DNA of 64,000 bases from Chiloscyllium plagiosum (Eukaryota). A program made the position numbers and the translations under genes. The notes beneath the pieces were generated by a model that worked only from the letters and a program-made list of their open reading frames with translations, made no database searches and was not told the DNA's origin. Location of the stretch: assembly GCF_004010195.1 (NCBI RefSeq), contig NC_057711.1, positions 83,479,344 through 83,543,343 on the forward strand. The letters run 5' to 3'. This document shows positions 25,487 to 36,799 of this stretch, piece by piece (position 1 is the first letter of the stretch; each line of letters opens with the position of its first letter).

Positions 25487-26629
25487 GCTTTTGACAAATT
25501 TAGCATCATTGGACGTGATAATGATGCTATTTCAGTTCCTGCAATTAAAGGGACAGTGCAATTTAAGGAATTTGAAAGGGCTGTGCTTTTGAAGTTAAGA
25601 CTGACAAAAGCTGTCATTACTTCAGGATAGATTGTTTCGGGAGTACTATTGGGAACATTCAGGTAGCATGTTCCTTCAAAACAATATCCAGGGTATACTG
25701 TACCTTCATGGCAGAAGGAAGAAGGCTGCAACTGAGCCAATGATTGTGAAGTTCAATGTTGACCTGGAGGTCTGGAGGAGGACCATGGTGTTAAGTTCTC
25801 AATCCAATGCAAGATGTGAATCAATGACCGCAGCAAGGCAAACAGTGTGAAATCAATGGTACTTTGCCCTATCTCCTGAAGTGCATTAACCTCCTCTGTA
25901 CACCATATCAAAGCTAGTTCAATGCATCATTCGCCATATCAATCTCACCACCTTGCACCCTCTCTGTGCATTTTCTCACATGCTCATCTGTCTATCTACA
26001 TCAGTGAATTGTACTCATCTTAATGTAAGGTCCCAAAACAAGGACTGTCCATCCATAAAGTAAATACACACTCTCGCTCCTGACTTTCCTTGATCTCAGA
26101 AGGGAGCAGACAACACCAGGAAATGGCTACAAAATCATTTTCTATTCCCTCCTGTTCTCACAGTTCACAGACAGTGTAGGGAAGGTGTGAGAGATGAATG
26201 AAGTTTTGGTGTGTTTGGTTTTCAGAATGAGGAAGTAAGGACATGCTGTTAACTGGTGACAGAATTAACTATCAGTCAGACATGGCACAATACACAGCAA
26301 AGTTGATCTGATGTCAACAGCTGGTATAATTTAATCTGCATACTGATAATTTTATGTATTTTAATCTTCACAGCATTCAGTTTTCTGTGTGCATCTCAAT
26401 AAAGCCTTCACGTTTCCAGAAGTGGGCTATTTGAGGTCTCTAGTAATGATCCCATCTCCTTGGAGGGGCTCACTCCCTCTGATGGTGAGCCATCAAAACT
26501 TACACAGATACGGTGCACCAGCTCATACACTCACACTTCCATAGGACTGTTAAGGATATAGTTCCATTATCAGATGATGATTCACACTTCACAAGTGAGC
26601 AAACACAAATCTCGAAGGCAGGCCCAGCA

Positions 26630-26770
26630 GTTCTCAAGAAGGATCACTAGAATTGAAGTATTAAGTCTTAATTTCTGTCCACAGATGCTGCCAGACCTGC
26701 TGCATTTCTCCAGCAATATCTGTTTTTTTGTTTGTCTCATGTCTCAAGCATCTGCATTTCTTTGTTTTAT
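26630..26770 (+). mobile_element. Short Penelope-type repeat, family C
   Basis: ccacagatgctgccagacctgctgcatttctccagca...agcatctgcatttcttt, homologous to 21375-21502. Confidence 0.6.
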
Positions 26771-27419
26771 CCCAGCAGTGGAGAGTCTATGCTGTAGGGC
26801 AGAGGATTCTCCAAAGTGTGCTCAGCGAGATACTGTGCAGTCCCTGTGGGCTATCAATGAAGACAATGCTTTTTGAACAGCAGCAGCAGCAAAGGTACAA
26901 TGCTCTGACCGGTATTACAGCAGATATGGCTCGATAGACATTGGAGGTGTCCATGTCAATCATGAGTGATTTGATCTTTTCTTCAGAGAGAAGTGTGGAC
27001 TGCTGCACAGACCATCAAATGTTGCCTTCAGCCTTACAGGCTTTCACCAATGCCTTGCAGTCTATCAATGACATCTTATGTGGAATGACATACTCTAGCC
27101 TTGACCATTCATTATCCCACCAATCTGCTAAAGAGTGTTCTCTGACATAACAAGTATGACTTGTCATGGAAGGTTGACGGTGAAAGACGATTTGGATTGG
27201 GACTCGGTTCAAAGGCTTCCCACCATTTCCTATTTCTGTCAGTATTGGAAGCTGCCTCATTTTTCAGTTTCTATCCATTTTACAGTGGAGCATTGTTTAG
27301 CGGGACCCTCATTTTCTCCAAAGTCTGAGCACAACAGCCAAGAGCATCTCAGTAATATACAAGGGTATATGCAAGGGTGCTTTACACATTGTTGGATTAT
27401 TAAGTTTCTGTTGTCTACA

Positions 27420-27785
27420 CCAACATTCCTCATTCTTCTAGACCTGTCTGCAACCTTCCACACAGTTGACCAATCCATTTTCTTCCAATGTTTCACTATA
27501 ATTATCCAGCAGTGTGGGGCTGCTACCACCTAGCTCCATCATTACCTATTCCAATTGATCCCCTGGAATGGTTTTTATCCCCACTTCCCCAGCATTATCA
27601 CTGGTGGCCTCAAGGATCCATCCTTAGCCCTCTTCTATTTCTAATCTCCTTGCTGTCCCTCATCCAAAAACACAGCATCAATTCCACATATTCACTGACG
27701 ATACTAAGCACTACTTCACTACTACCTCTCTCAACTCCTCTACTGTTTCTAAAGTATCAGATTGCTTGCCTAACCTATAATACAG
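27420..27785 (+). mobile_element. L2-clade LINE RT fragment
   Basis: LILLDLSATFHTVDQ (L2-type LLDLSAAFDTVDH), PQGSILSPLLF and an FTDDT-like motif, with frameshifts. Confidence 0.75.
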
Positions 27786-27982
27786 GAAACTTTCCTAATG
27801 ATTTATCTATGGCATCTGGCTTTGGACCATTGTGCTCGTGGAAATATTGCCTCTCAATTGCATTTATAAAAACCCTCTATAATTTTATGAACCCTGATCA
27901 TGTCTTTTTTAAACAGCCCAACCTGTTCATTTTGTTCTGATAGTTGTTCTCTTTCAATTTTTATTTCTATTCATCTGCGGGA

Positions 27983-28203
27983 TATAGGTAGTTACATAAC
28001 ACAATGGTTGCGTTCTTGTGCAAGCCTTGTGTTAGAGAAAAATCACACTTTAGAAACTGTGCTTGAAGTGTTGATGATGTAATCACGCTACAGTCATCAC
28101 ATGTTTTAAAAGTTGGTGCTTTAGAAACAGTGTCCCCAATTTGTCGATTGCATTACAATGAATTTGCATTAACGAAACGTGCGTTATAGCAGAACAATCT
28201 GTA
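27983..28203. mobile_element. Tigger-like MITE
   Basis: Imperfect terminal inverted repeats (ta-taggtagttacataacac ... gcgttatagcagaacaatctg-ta) bounded by TA. Confidence 0.5.
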
Positions 28204-28352
28204 TTGGTGTCATTGCTTATGTCAGTATTTATTATCCATCCATATTTACCCAGAGGGCAGAGAAGAGTCAACCACATTGTTGGAGTCAGGAGTCATACGG
28301 TAAAGACGGCCAGATCAAGTAATAATAGCAGATTTCCTACCTTAAAGCACCT

Positions 28353-29520
28353 AGTAGAGTAGAGTAGTTTTTTATTTGTCGTTTCTACCATATACAACAG
28401 ATACAGTAAAAACGAGGCAGCGTTCCTCCAGTACTGAGGGTGCTACATGGACAGTACAAACTACACAATCACACACTGCATAAATTGTGTAAGAAGTGCA
28501 AAACACACTAGTTACAGTGTAATAGAAGAATGATAAATAATAGGCAGTTTTCCAGCAGCATTTCAAAGTCATGCAATGAATTTCAGATAGGAAAAGAGTC
28601 CCATCATACAGTGTTAAGGAGCCTAATGGCTTGGGGGAAGAAACTGTTGCACAGTCTGGCCGTGAGAGACTGAATGCTCTGGTATCTTTGTGGGATGGCA
28701 GGAGGGAGGAGAGTTTGAGTGAGGGGTGTGTGGGTCTTTTGGATGCAGCGTGTGGTGCAAATATCTGTAATGGAGGGGAGAGAGACTCTGATGATCCTCT
28801 CAGCTGTCCTCACTATCCGATGTAGCATCTTATTGCACAGTCTGGCCATGAGAGACTGAATGCTCTGGTATCTTTGTGGGATGGCAGGAGGGAGAAGAGT
28901 TTGAGTGAGGGGTGTGTGGGTCTTTTGGATGCAGCGTGTGGTGCAAATGTCTGTAATGGAGGGGAGAGAGACTCTGATGATCCTCTCAGCTGTCCTCACT
29001 ATCCGATGTAGCATCTTATGATCCGAGACGGTGCAATTCCTGAACCAGGCAGCGATGCAGCAGCTCAGGGCACTCTCAATGAACCCTCTGTAGAATGTGG
29101 TGAGGATGGGGGTGGGAGGTGGGTTTTCCTCAGCCTGTGCAGAAAGTAGAGATGCTGCTAGGCTTTCTTAGCTATAGAGCTTGTGTTGAGGGTCCAGGTG
29201 AGACTCTCCGCCAGGTGTACACCAAGAAATTTGGTGCTCTTCATGATCTCCATGGGGGGAGACATCGATGTCCAGCAGAGAGTGGTCGCTCCGTGCCCTC
29301 CTGAAGTCAACCACCATCTCTTTTGTTTTGTCCATGTTCAGAGACAGGTTGTTGGCTCTGCACCAGTTGGTTAGCCGCTGTACCTCCTCTCTGTATGTTG
29401 ACTCGCCTTTCATGCTGATAAGATCCACTACAGTTGTATCATCAGCAAACTTGATGATGTGATTCAACCTGTGCATCGCTACACAGTCGTGTGTGAGCAG
29501 AGTGAACAGCGGTGAACTGA
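28353..29520 (-). mobile_element. Rex1/Babar-like LINE, 5'-truncated, inserted into a minus-strand SINE (halves at about 28240-28352 and 29525-29700)
   Basis: IIKFADDTTVVDLIS...YREEVQRLTNWCRANNLSLNMDKTKEMVVDFRR and C-terminal NSFFPQAIRLLN; (CTACT)n tail at 28353-28367. Confidence 0.9.
28647..29018. repeat. 186-bp tandem duplication inside the Rex-like LINE
   Basis: 28647-28832 and 28833-29018 are nearly identical; I count three transitions by eye. Confidence 0.95.
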
Positions 29521-29795
29521 TCCTACTGAACTAGATGGGCTTTCACAACAATGTTCACCATTAATGTAGTTTTTATTAAAATTCAAGACTTTTATTGAAT
29601 TAAACTCCACACCTTAGCATGATGGGATTTGTGCCTATGTTGCTGGAACATTCGTTGAGGGTTCTGGACTACGCGTCCATTCTATTACCACTATGCCACC
29701 ACCCAAAGATTACAAAAAGTTCTATTCAGTTCTGGTATCATTTTTTGTCTATTGCTTTGCAGTTTCTGGTGGTTCTACACTGAGCTATAAGAAGT

Positions 29796-30046
29796 GGCAC
29801 GGTGGCACAATGGTTAGCACTGCTGCCTCACACTGCCAGCGACCTGGGTTCAATTCCTGCCTCAGGCAACTGTCTGTGTGGAGTTTGCACATTGTCTGCG
29901 TGGGTTTCCTCCCACAGTCCAAAAATGTGCAGGTTAGGTGAATTGGCAATGCTAACTTGCCCATCATGTAGGGGGATGGGCTGATCTTCGGAGGGTCGGT
30001 GTGGACTTGTTGGGCTAAAGGGCCTGTTTCTACTCTGTAAGTAATC
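29796..30046 (+). mobile_element. HE1: HE1-type SINE with 8-bp TSD
   Basis: GGCACGGTGGCACAATGGTTAGCACTGCTGCCTCAC head; TAAGAAGT at 29788-29795 and 30047-30054. Confidence 0.92.
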
Positions 30047-30589
30047 TAAGAAGTAGGGGCCAGAATTCTAAATATTATCTGACCTAAATTTAACATTATT
30101 ACTCTCTCTCAGATTTTGTTGTCAACAAATACACGTCAATATGGGCTTGCTTTGCACTTTTATTGATTTGTTAACTTCCAAAGCAACTTATATTGGAATT
30201 CATTTTCAATTTACATGCCTATTCTACAAGTTTGTTAGTTTTTCTGTTACAATCAGGGGAGGAAGGGTCAAATAGCTTCCGTTTCCCCACAACTTCTGTG
30301 ACTGCAACACTTTTATAACCAAGAATGTGCTTGTTAATTCAGTAAGTGTTTCATTGAGTCTTTTATGTTCACACCATGAAAACAAATACAGGTTTTCTCG
30401 AGTTTTTTTTAAAATAAGAGAATAACATTTTTGGATTTAATCCAGTCTAAGTAAAACAATAAAAATGTTGCAACTTTCAAGAACATACTTGCATACTTCA
30501 AGTACAAATACATAGGCATTCCAAAATGTTACAGAGTATGGAGGTAGATTAGGTAATATTGTAAAGCCTGGTAAGGATTAAACTTTTAC

Positions 30590-30740
30590 CGTTTGTATAG
30601 GTTGATGATTTGAGTGGATCCAGGCTAAGCTTGGTGGTCCTTTTAGTTTTGGCACTGCAGCAGTTTGAAGATGTAGATGGACCATTTATCTTTTCTTCTG
30701 GAGACAGCAGCTGTCCGTTTGAGTTCTTTAAAATTTCTAT
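30590..30740 (-). CDS. Candidate internal coding exon (151 nt, phase 0 to 1) of an unidentified host gene
   Basis: Acceptor tcctgtctgtccatgttccacag, donor ACG/gtaaaa, and a single open frame IEILKNSNGQLLSPEEKINGPSTSSNCCSAKTKRTTKLSLDPLKSSTYTN in apparently unique sequence. Confidence 0.45.
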
Positions 30741-31051
30741 CTGTGGAACATGGACAGACAGGATTTGAGCTTTTGAGATGGGTGGACTGACAAAGAGAGA
30801 CTCACTCCTCCACAGGCATCTTGCCAGTTCAGCGTCTTTTCGGATTATCCCTCTGGTCTGGGTAAAACAGTTGCTTAAAAATAATGACTTATCAAATGAT
30901 CAATCTCTTCAATTAACCAGCAACCCAAGTATGTTCATGGCTAGTGCATTCCAGGTGAATTGATTCTGGCTGAGGTAGATTCCTTTCTCACTGAGAGTGT
31001 GTTGTTTGAAGTGATTACATCTAATGTACTGTGACTGGGTTAAGAGATTAT

Positions 31052-31365
31052 TATTCATTCAGCGGATGTGGGTGTCGCTGACTAGGCCAGCATTTATTAC
31101 ATATCTCTAGTTGCCCTTGAGAATGTGGTGATGAGCTGCCTTCTTAAGCTGCTGCTATCCACATGATGGATGTACAGATACAGTATTGTTAGGGAGGGAG
31201 TAACAGAATTTTTACCCAGTCACTATGAAGGGACTGTGATATATTTCCAAGTCAGGAAGGCATGTGACTTGGAAGGGAACCTGCGTATATTGGTGTTTTG
31301 ATGTTTCTGCTTCATTTGTCCTTCTATATGGTAGCTGTCATGAGTTTGGAAGATACTGTGAACGA
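31052..31365 (-). mobile_element. LINE 3'-end fragment (family of 2990-4375)
   Basis: ggccagcatttatt...gcccttgagaa.gtggtg matches 3015-3065. Confidence 0.75.
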
Positions 31366-32654
31366 AATTGATCAGTGCCCTCCAAATCTTGGCACCAGAT
31401 GAAGAGACATTTACAGGATTGAGTTTGTTGGTGAATATGATACATCTTGTCAATGACATGTTTAAAAAGAGAATCATCAAAAAGATGCAACATGAACAGC
31501 AACCACCACTGGGAGCCTGCACAATGAGAAAGCAGTGCTCACTGGCATCTACATTTTGCCTTAACCACGTTATTGATGCAGTAATGTACCAAGGAGTACT
31601 CCAAGTGTATCTCCCTCTTCCTTTTAGAGCAATTTGGAAGGAACTGAAACTTACAAAATCAAGACTGTGGCCACATGAGGAATCACATACAGAAATGTTA
31701 TTCAATTTGCATTTTCACAATCTTCCCCTTTGGAGATTAACAGGCCAATTAACAGTGCTCATGTGAACCTCAACTGACCAATTTCTTTTCTTCTGTTGCT
31801 CCCCTTTTACGATATACAGAAGATTTGGTACATTTTCCAAGTTCCACAGTGAGGCATCTCTCCAGAAAAATAACATGGTCAGTCTGTTTAGTAGAATGCT
31901 GAAACCATTGAATGTGAGAAAGTATCTAGGGCAGGCCCAAAACTTGTAACAACAAGTACATTTTGCTCAAGAAACATCAATGATTTGATTTTGTTTTGCT
32001 GAGTGCATTATAATTAGGAACAGAACAGAATGGTGAACAAATCAGGAATCACCATTGTACTGACTGTGGTGAATGATTCTGTTGAAAATTACCATTAATT
32101 GAATAAGCTTGCACTTCCATTTTAGTATTGACACGTTAAACTCTAATGATTACTCTTGTTGATATTGTCAGTTGAGCACTTAATGTGTTGTTATCACAAA
32201 CCTCCATCTGTTAGATTTGTAACACTAGCATGAATCCATTTATTGCCCTTCTGAGATGCTTTCCTAGTCTAAAAAAAACATATCTCCAGCAATTACTTCC
32301 TTTCCTAATTCATTATTGTCACCTCTAGACAGATCCCAGAATTTACTCCTTGACCCCCTCTCATCCTAGCATCCAGAAAAATAAAAACTATTTGTTGAAC
32401 AAACTAAATGCATGTTCACTTAACTCTGAAAGAAAAAAAAGCTTAATAATCCTTGTAAAACCTTCTCTCGACTTGTGGTCAGCCAGTTGTCTGCCATTAG
32501 TAAGATCGAAGAAATGTAATTGCAAAAGACATGAATATCCAGATTCAATCATAAAGAATTATATTGTTATTTTCCAAGTCATATCATTATACAAGTACTC
32601 ATAGGGCAGTGTGAGAACTTTCTTTTGAAAATAAAAAAGAATCAAATTGGTCAA

Positions 32655-32785
32655 AATCCTGGGATTCCTGCCCTAACACCATTATGGATTTACCTAGAAG
32701 CAGTCACCATCACCTTCTCAAGGGCAACTAAGGACAGAAAATAAATGGTAGCCCTGCCAACAATGCTCATATTCCATGAATGAAT
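32655..32785 (+). mobile_element. LINE 3'-end fragment (family of 2990-4375)
   Basis: caccttctcaagggcaactaagg...aataaatg...gatgct-like tail ending ccatgaatgaat. Confidence 0.7.
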
Positions 32786-33479
32786 GTGATGCAGTTGTGA
32801 AGTTGTGATGCTGTTATTTGACAAATAATTTGAAGATATTTTTATAATGAAGGTTTCAGGAATGCACCGTTGTTCTCAGAACTGCAAGCAAGTTATTGAG
32901 TTAGTTTAAAATATGTTGGACATAAACATAAGACACAGCTGAGTGTGAGAAGGATTCTTCAGCAGACACGTGTACATCAGAGTAAGTTTTTATCTTCAGT
33001 CATGTACCCATCATGGAAGAGGACCCATTCATTCATTCATTCATTCACAGACAAACAAAATCCGATGAACAGAAAATTGTTGGTCACTTAGTTATTGCAC
33101 TGTGGTCTATGTGAGGTCTGGAAAAAAATTATAAAATTAATTCATTTACAAAATGAGAAAATGCTGGCGTTCCAATTCACTTAAAGAAGGAGAGCAAGGT
33201 GGTCTGGTCATTAATAATGCTGTCTGAACAGTGAATTAAAAGTACAGATTAACTTCATTGAGCTACATTTTTTATCCAGTCAAAGATTATCTCTCACATT
33301 TAGAAGTGTTAACAAATGAAGACATCCATTTCCCTAAACAAGAAAAATGTTAATTGTGCAACCAGGGAGTCAGGTTAATAAAATGGCATTATCCAATGAT
33401 TGACATGAATCTAAACTAAGCAAAATTTGCAGAACAGCAATGTCAATTTCATTAAACGTGAGTTCACACAATCACTAAC

Positions 33480-34700
33480 GTTTTGTAGTGCAGAAGGAGG
33501 CTGTTTGTGTCTGCATTGGCTCTCTGAGCATTCCAACTTAGTTCCAATCTCCTGTCTTATTCCAGAAAGCCTACACATTCTTTCTATTTAAGCAGTCATC
33601 TAATGTTGTCTTGAATGCCTTAATTGAACCTGCCTCCAACACTGTTGCAGACAATGTATTCCATATCCTAACTTCTTCCTGAGTGAAAAAGCTTTCTCTT
33701 GTCTTGCATTTGTTTCTTTTTAAAGCAATTTAAAACTGTGCCCTATGATTCTTGATCCATTTATGAGTGGGTACAGTTTCTCCCTATTCAGTCATCCAGA
33801 CCCCACCTGATTTTAAAAATTCTATCTAATCTCCTTTTAAGCTTCTGCTGTCTTACTTTCTTCAATCTGTTTTCATAACTGAAATTTTTTGACCGTAGAA
33901 CCATTCTTTGGGTAGCATGGTAACTCAGTGGTTAGTGCTGCTGCTTCACAGCACCAGGGACTTGGGTTTGATTCCAGTCTTGGATGACTGTCTGTGTGGA
34001 ATTTGCACATTCTCCCCTTGTCAGCTTGGGTTTCCCCTGAGTGCTCCGGTTCCCACCCATAGTCCAAAAATATAAAAGTTTGGTGGATTGGCCATGCTAA
34101 ATTGCCCATAGTGTCCAGGGATGTGTAGGCTAGGTGGATTAGCCATGAGAAATGTATCGTTACAGGGATAGGGTAGAGGGTGAGTCTGGGTGAGATGCTC
34201 TTCAGAGGATTGGTGTGGATTCGATGGGCGGACTGGTCTGCTTCCACATTGTAGGAATTCTATGATTCTTGTAAATTACGTCTGCACTTCTGACGTGTTT
34301 GCATTATTCCTATAATGTGGCACTTAGAACTGTACACAATGCTCTAGTTGAGGTCTAAACAATGTCTTACATAGGTTCGGCATAACCTCCCTGCTTTTGT
34401 ACTCTATCTACTCTATGATGTCTAGAATATACTTTATGCTTTATTAACAGCTGTTTCTAACTGTCCTGCCACATTTTAAATATACACTCAGGTTTTTGTG
34501 CTCCTGTACATCCTTTAGAATAGTACCCTTTTATTTAACACTGTCTCACTATGTTTTTTTTAACCAAAGAGCATCATCTCACATTTCTCTGCATTGAACT
34601 GCATCTGCCATCCATGCACCCATTCCACCAATACATCAATGTCCTTTCAGAGTTCCACATATCCTCCCAATTTGCTTGGGAATTGTCTGCAGCAATTGAT
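33480..34700 (-). mobile_element. Decayed CR1 LINE, split by an HE1 SINE
   Basis: Degenerate REVMPNLCKTLFRPQLEHCVQF on the minus strand at about 34326-34395; CR1-type 3' region at 33480-33870. Confidence 0.75.
33910..34268 (+). mobile_element. HE1: HE1-type SINE
   Basis: tRNA-like head, V-SINE core and ...ttccacattgtaggaattctatgattct tail. Confidence 0.9.
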
Positions 34701-35784
34701 GTCGATATCTGGAAATGATTGAATGAAGAGGCACCTTGATGAGTCTTCGCATTTTAAAAGTTGCAATCAGGGCTGGTGATGGGAGTTGCCACACATTGGA
34801 TGGAGCGTATTAACTGTGCCACAATCAGAGCAGGGGAAATCTGAGCTTTCAAAGGAGGGGAGGTTGGTCTGGAAAGTGCAATTTACTGCAATCCACTCAG
34901 GATGGAGAAAACTCAGGATGACTACAATCTACAATAGATTTGTTATTGTGCCCCAATGCAAGTTGGGTGGTGCCTGGCTAAAATCAGGATTGGGGTTGGA
35001 GAGGGTGCTATATGTAATCGCTGCCTTTGATTTAGTTTTTGTAAAATATTACACTGCGATAAGATTGCTGCAGCATACCTGGTAGAAACTTGCTACTATC
35101 TCTGACATCTATGAAAATGCTCATGGTCAGCAACTTGATCCTGAGAGGGGCCGGCTGCACAATGCAGCACTTTGACTGTGGCGAAGGCAATCTGCCACAG
35201 CTTACTTTCTGGCACCATGGGGAGTATTGGTTGAGGTATGGTAATGACCTACATTACTATCATGTGGAATTACAACACAAGTTTGACTCACATTGTCCTA
35301 TCAAATCTGACAAAGCTGAGAGCAATGATTTTTCACATCAGGCTTCAGAATCTGAATGTTCTGTCACATCCATGCTGGATGCAAATTCTTCAGACTTTTA
35401 TACTTTGTATAGCACACCTTTGACACATTTTCCAATTAATTGTGTGCCAGATACATCTTTCATTGGAAGACTCAGTCTTGAAATTCAGCATTTTTGTCCT
35501 CCTCAGCACTGATTGGAATCAAACACCCTCCACCCGGTGATCCCATACAACTCGAATGTATAAAAATGTACAGCAATTAAAAATATAAACTGACACAAAT
35601 TCGACAGATAAACAAATCTCATTTTTCTGCCTCACAATAACACAAACGCTTACTTCTGCAAATGTTCACCCAAGTTCCTATAGAGGTTTTGTAAAACAGA
35701 TTGAACATAAGAGTAATATCTTTCATTCTGTTTGATGTACTGAAAATAGCAAAATCTCAACTGAAGTTAGTAGCAGGATGCAAA

Positions 35785-36163
35785 AGATCCCACGGCACTG
35801 TCTTAGTGAAGAGCAGAGGTGTTATCACTGATGTATCAGCCAATATTTATCCCTCAATCAGCATTCCAAAAACAGTTGTCATTATCATGTGACATTATCA
35901 GGAGAATTAACGTTTCAGGCATCAGCCCTTCACCAAGCCTTTTCTGATGAAGGCCTTCTGCCCAAAACATCGATTCTCCTGTTCCTCGGATGCTGCCAGA
36001 CCTGCTGTGCCTTTCCAGCACCACACTCTTGACTCTGATGTCTAGCATCTGCAGTCCTCACTTTCTCCTCCTTACTACTTAAAGGAGCTTGATGTGTTAG
36101 GAGCTTAATGTGTTCAAATTGGCTGCTTTGTTACCTGTACTACAACAGTGACTACACTTGAAA
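35785..36163 (+). mobile_element. Deu-domain SINE remnant interrupted by a family A fold-back at 35899-36068
   Basis: gatcccacggcact...gaagagcag...gccaatatttatccctcaa, resuming at caaattggctgc...acaacagtgactacactt. The insert is partly palindromic, with CTGATGA at 35944-35950. Confidence 0.7.
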
Positions 36164-36165
36164 AT

Positions 36166-36280
36166 GATGTGGAGGTGCCAGTGTAGGACTGGGGTGGACA
36201 AAATCAGAAGTCACACTACATCAGGTTGTAGTCAAACAGGTTTATTTGAAATCACAAGCTTTCGGAGCACTAGACCTCAT
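36166..36280 (-). mobile_element. Penelope-type short repeat, family B
   Basis: ggactggggtggacaa...aacaggtttattt...agctttcggagc is shared with 61370-61490 and 62186-62305. Confidence 0.65.
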
Positions 36281-36494
36281 TTACTAATTATGAGAATAGA
36301 TAGGAGTTTGTGCAGAAGCCAGAAATGAATCCAGAATAGCATAGTGCCTCCCTAGTGGCAGGGTCAAGGTTGGCACTGAGCAGCTACAGACCACTCTGAT
36401 GGGAAAAGGATGAACAGCAAGCTTTTGGTAAAACATTGGTAAAAATAACATAGGTAGAAACCGGGTCCTGCAGTCAGAATTTTTCAATATTCCT

Positions 36495-36782
36495 TATTCT
36501 CAGGAATGGTGCCAGAGAACTAGAAAATCGCAAATGTTACACCTTTGTTCAAAAAAAGCGTGTAAAGAAATGTCTAGCAAGTTTAGGTCAGATAGGTTAA
36601 TTTTGACATTGATGAAACATTTGGAAAAAAAATGTCAGGAATGGTCACATGGACAAATATAGGCTAATTAAAGAAAGCCCTCATGGATGTCATAAGGAAA
36701 ATATGTGTTGAATTAACTGAGGTTTTTTAAAAAGGTAACAGAGATTTGCTGAAGACAATGTAGTTGAAGTGGTGTACATAGA
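36495..36782 (+). mobile_element. CR1 RT fragment
   Basis: SGMVPEN*KIANVTPLFKK ... NVVEVVYI. Confidence 0.75.
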
Positions 36783-36799
36783 GACTCCCTGTATAAATA

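Noticed and set aside
25088..25630. 180-aa ORF
   Set aside because: Reads through an antisense HE1 SINE; the same pseudo-peptide (CKLHTDS...LESN) recurs at other HE1 copies.
28647..29018. CRISPR-like or protein-domain repeat
   Set aside because: Two adjacent copies with no spacers, inside a dead LINE in eukaryotic DNA.
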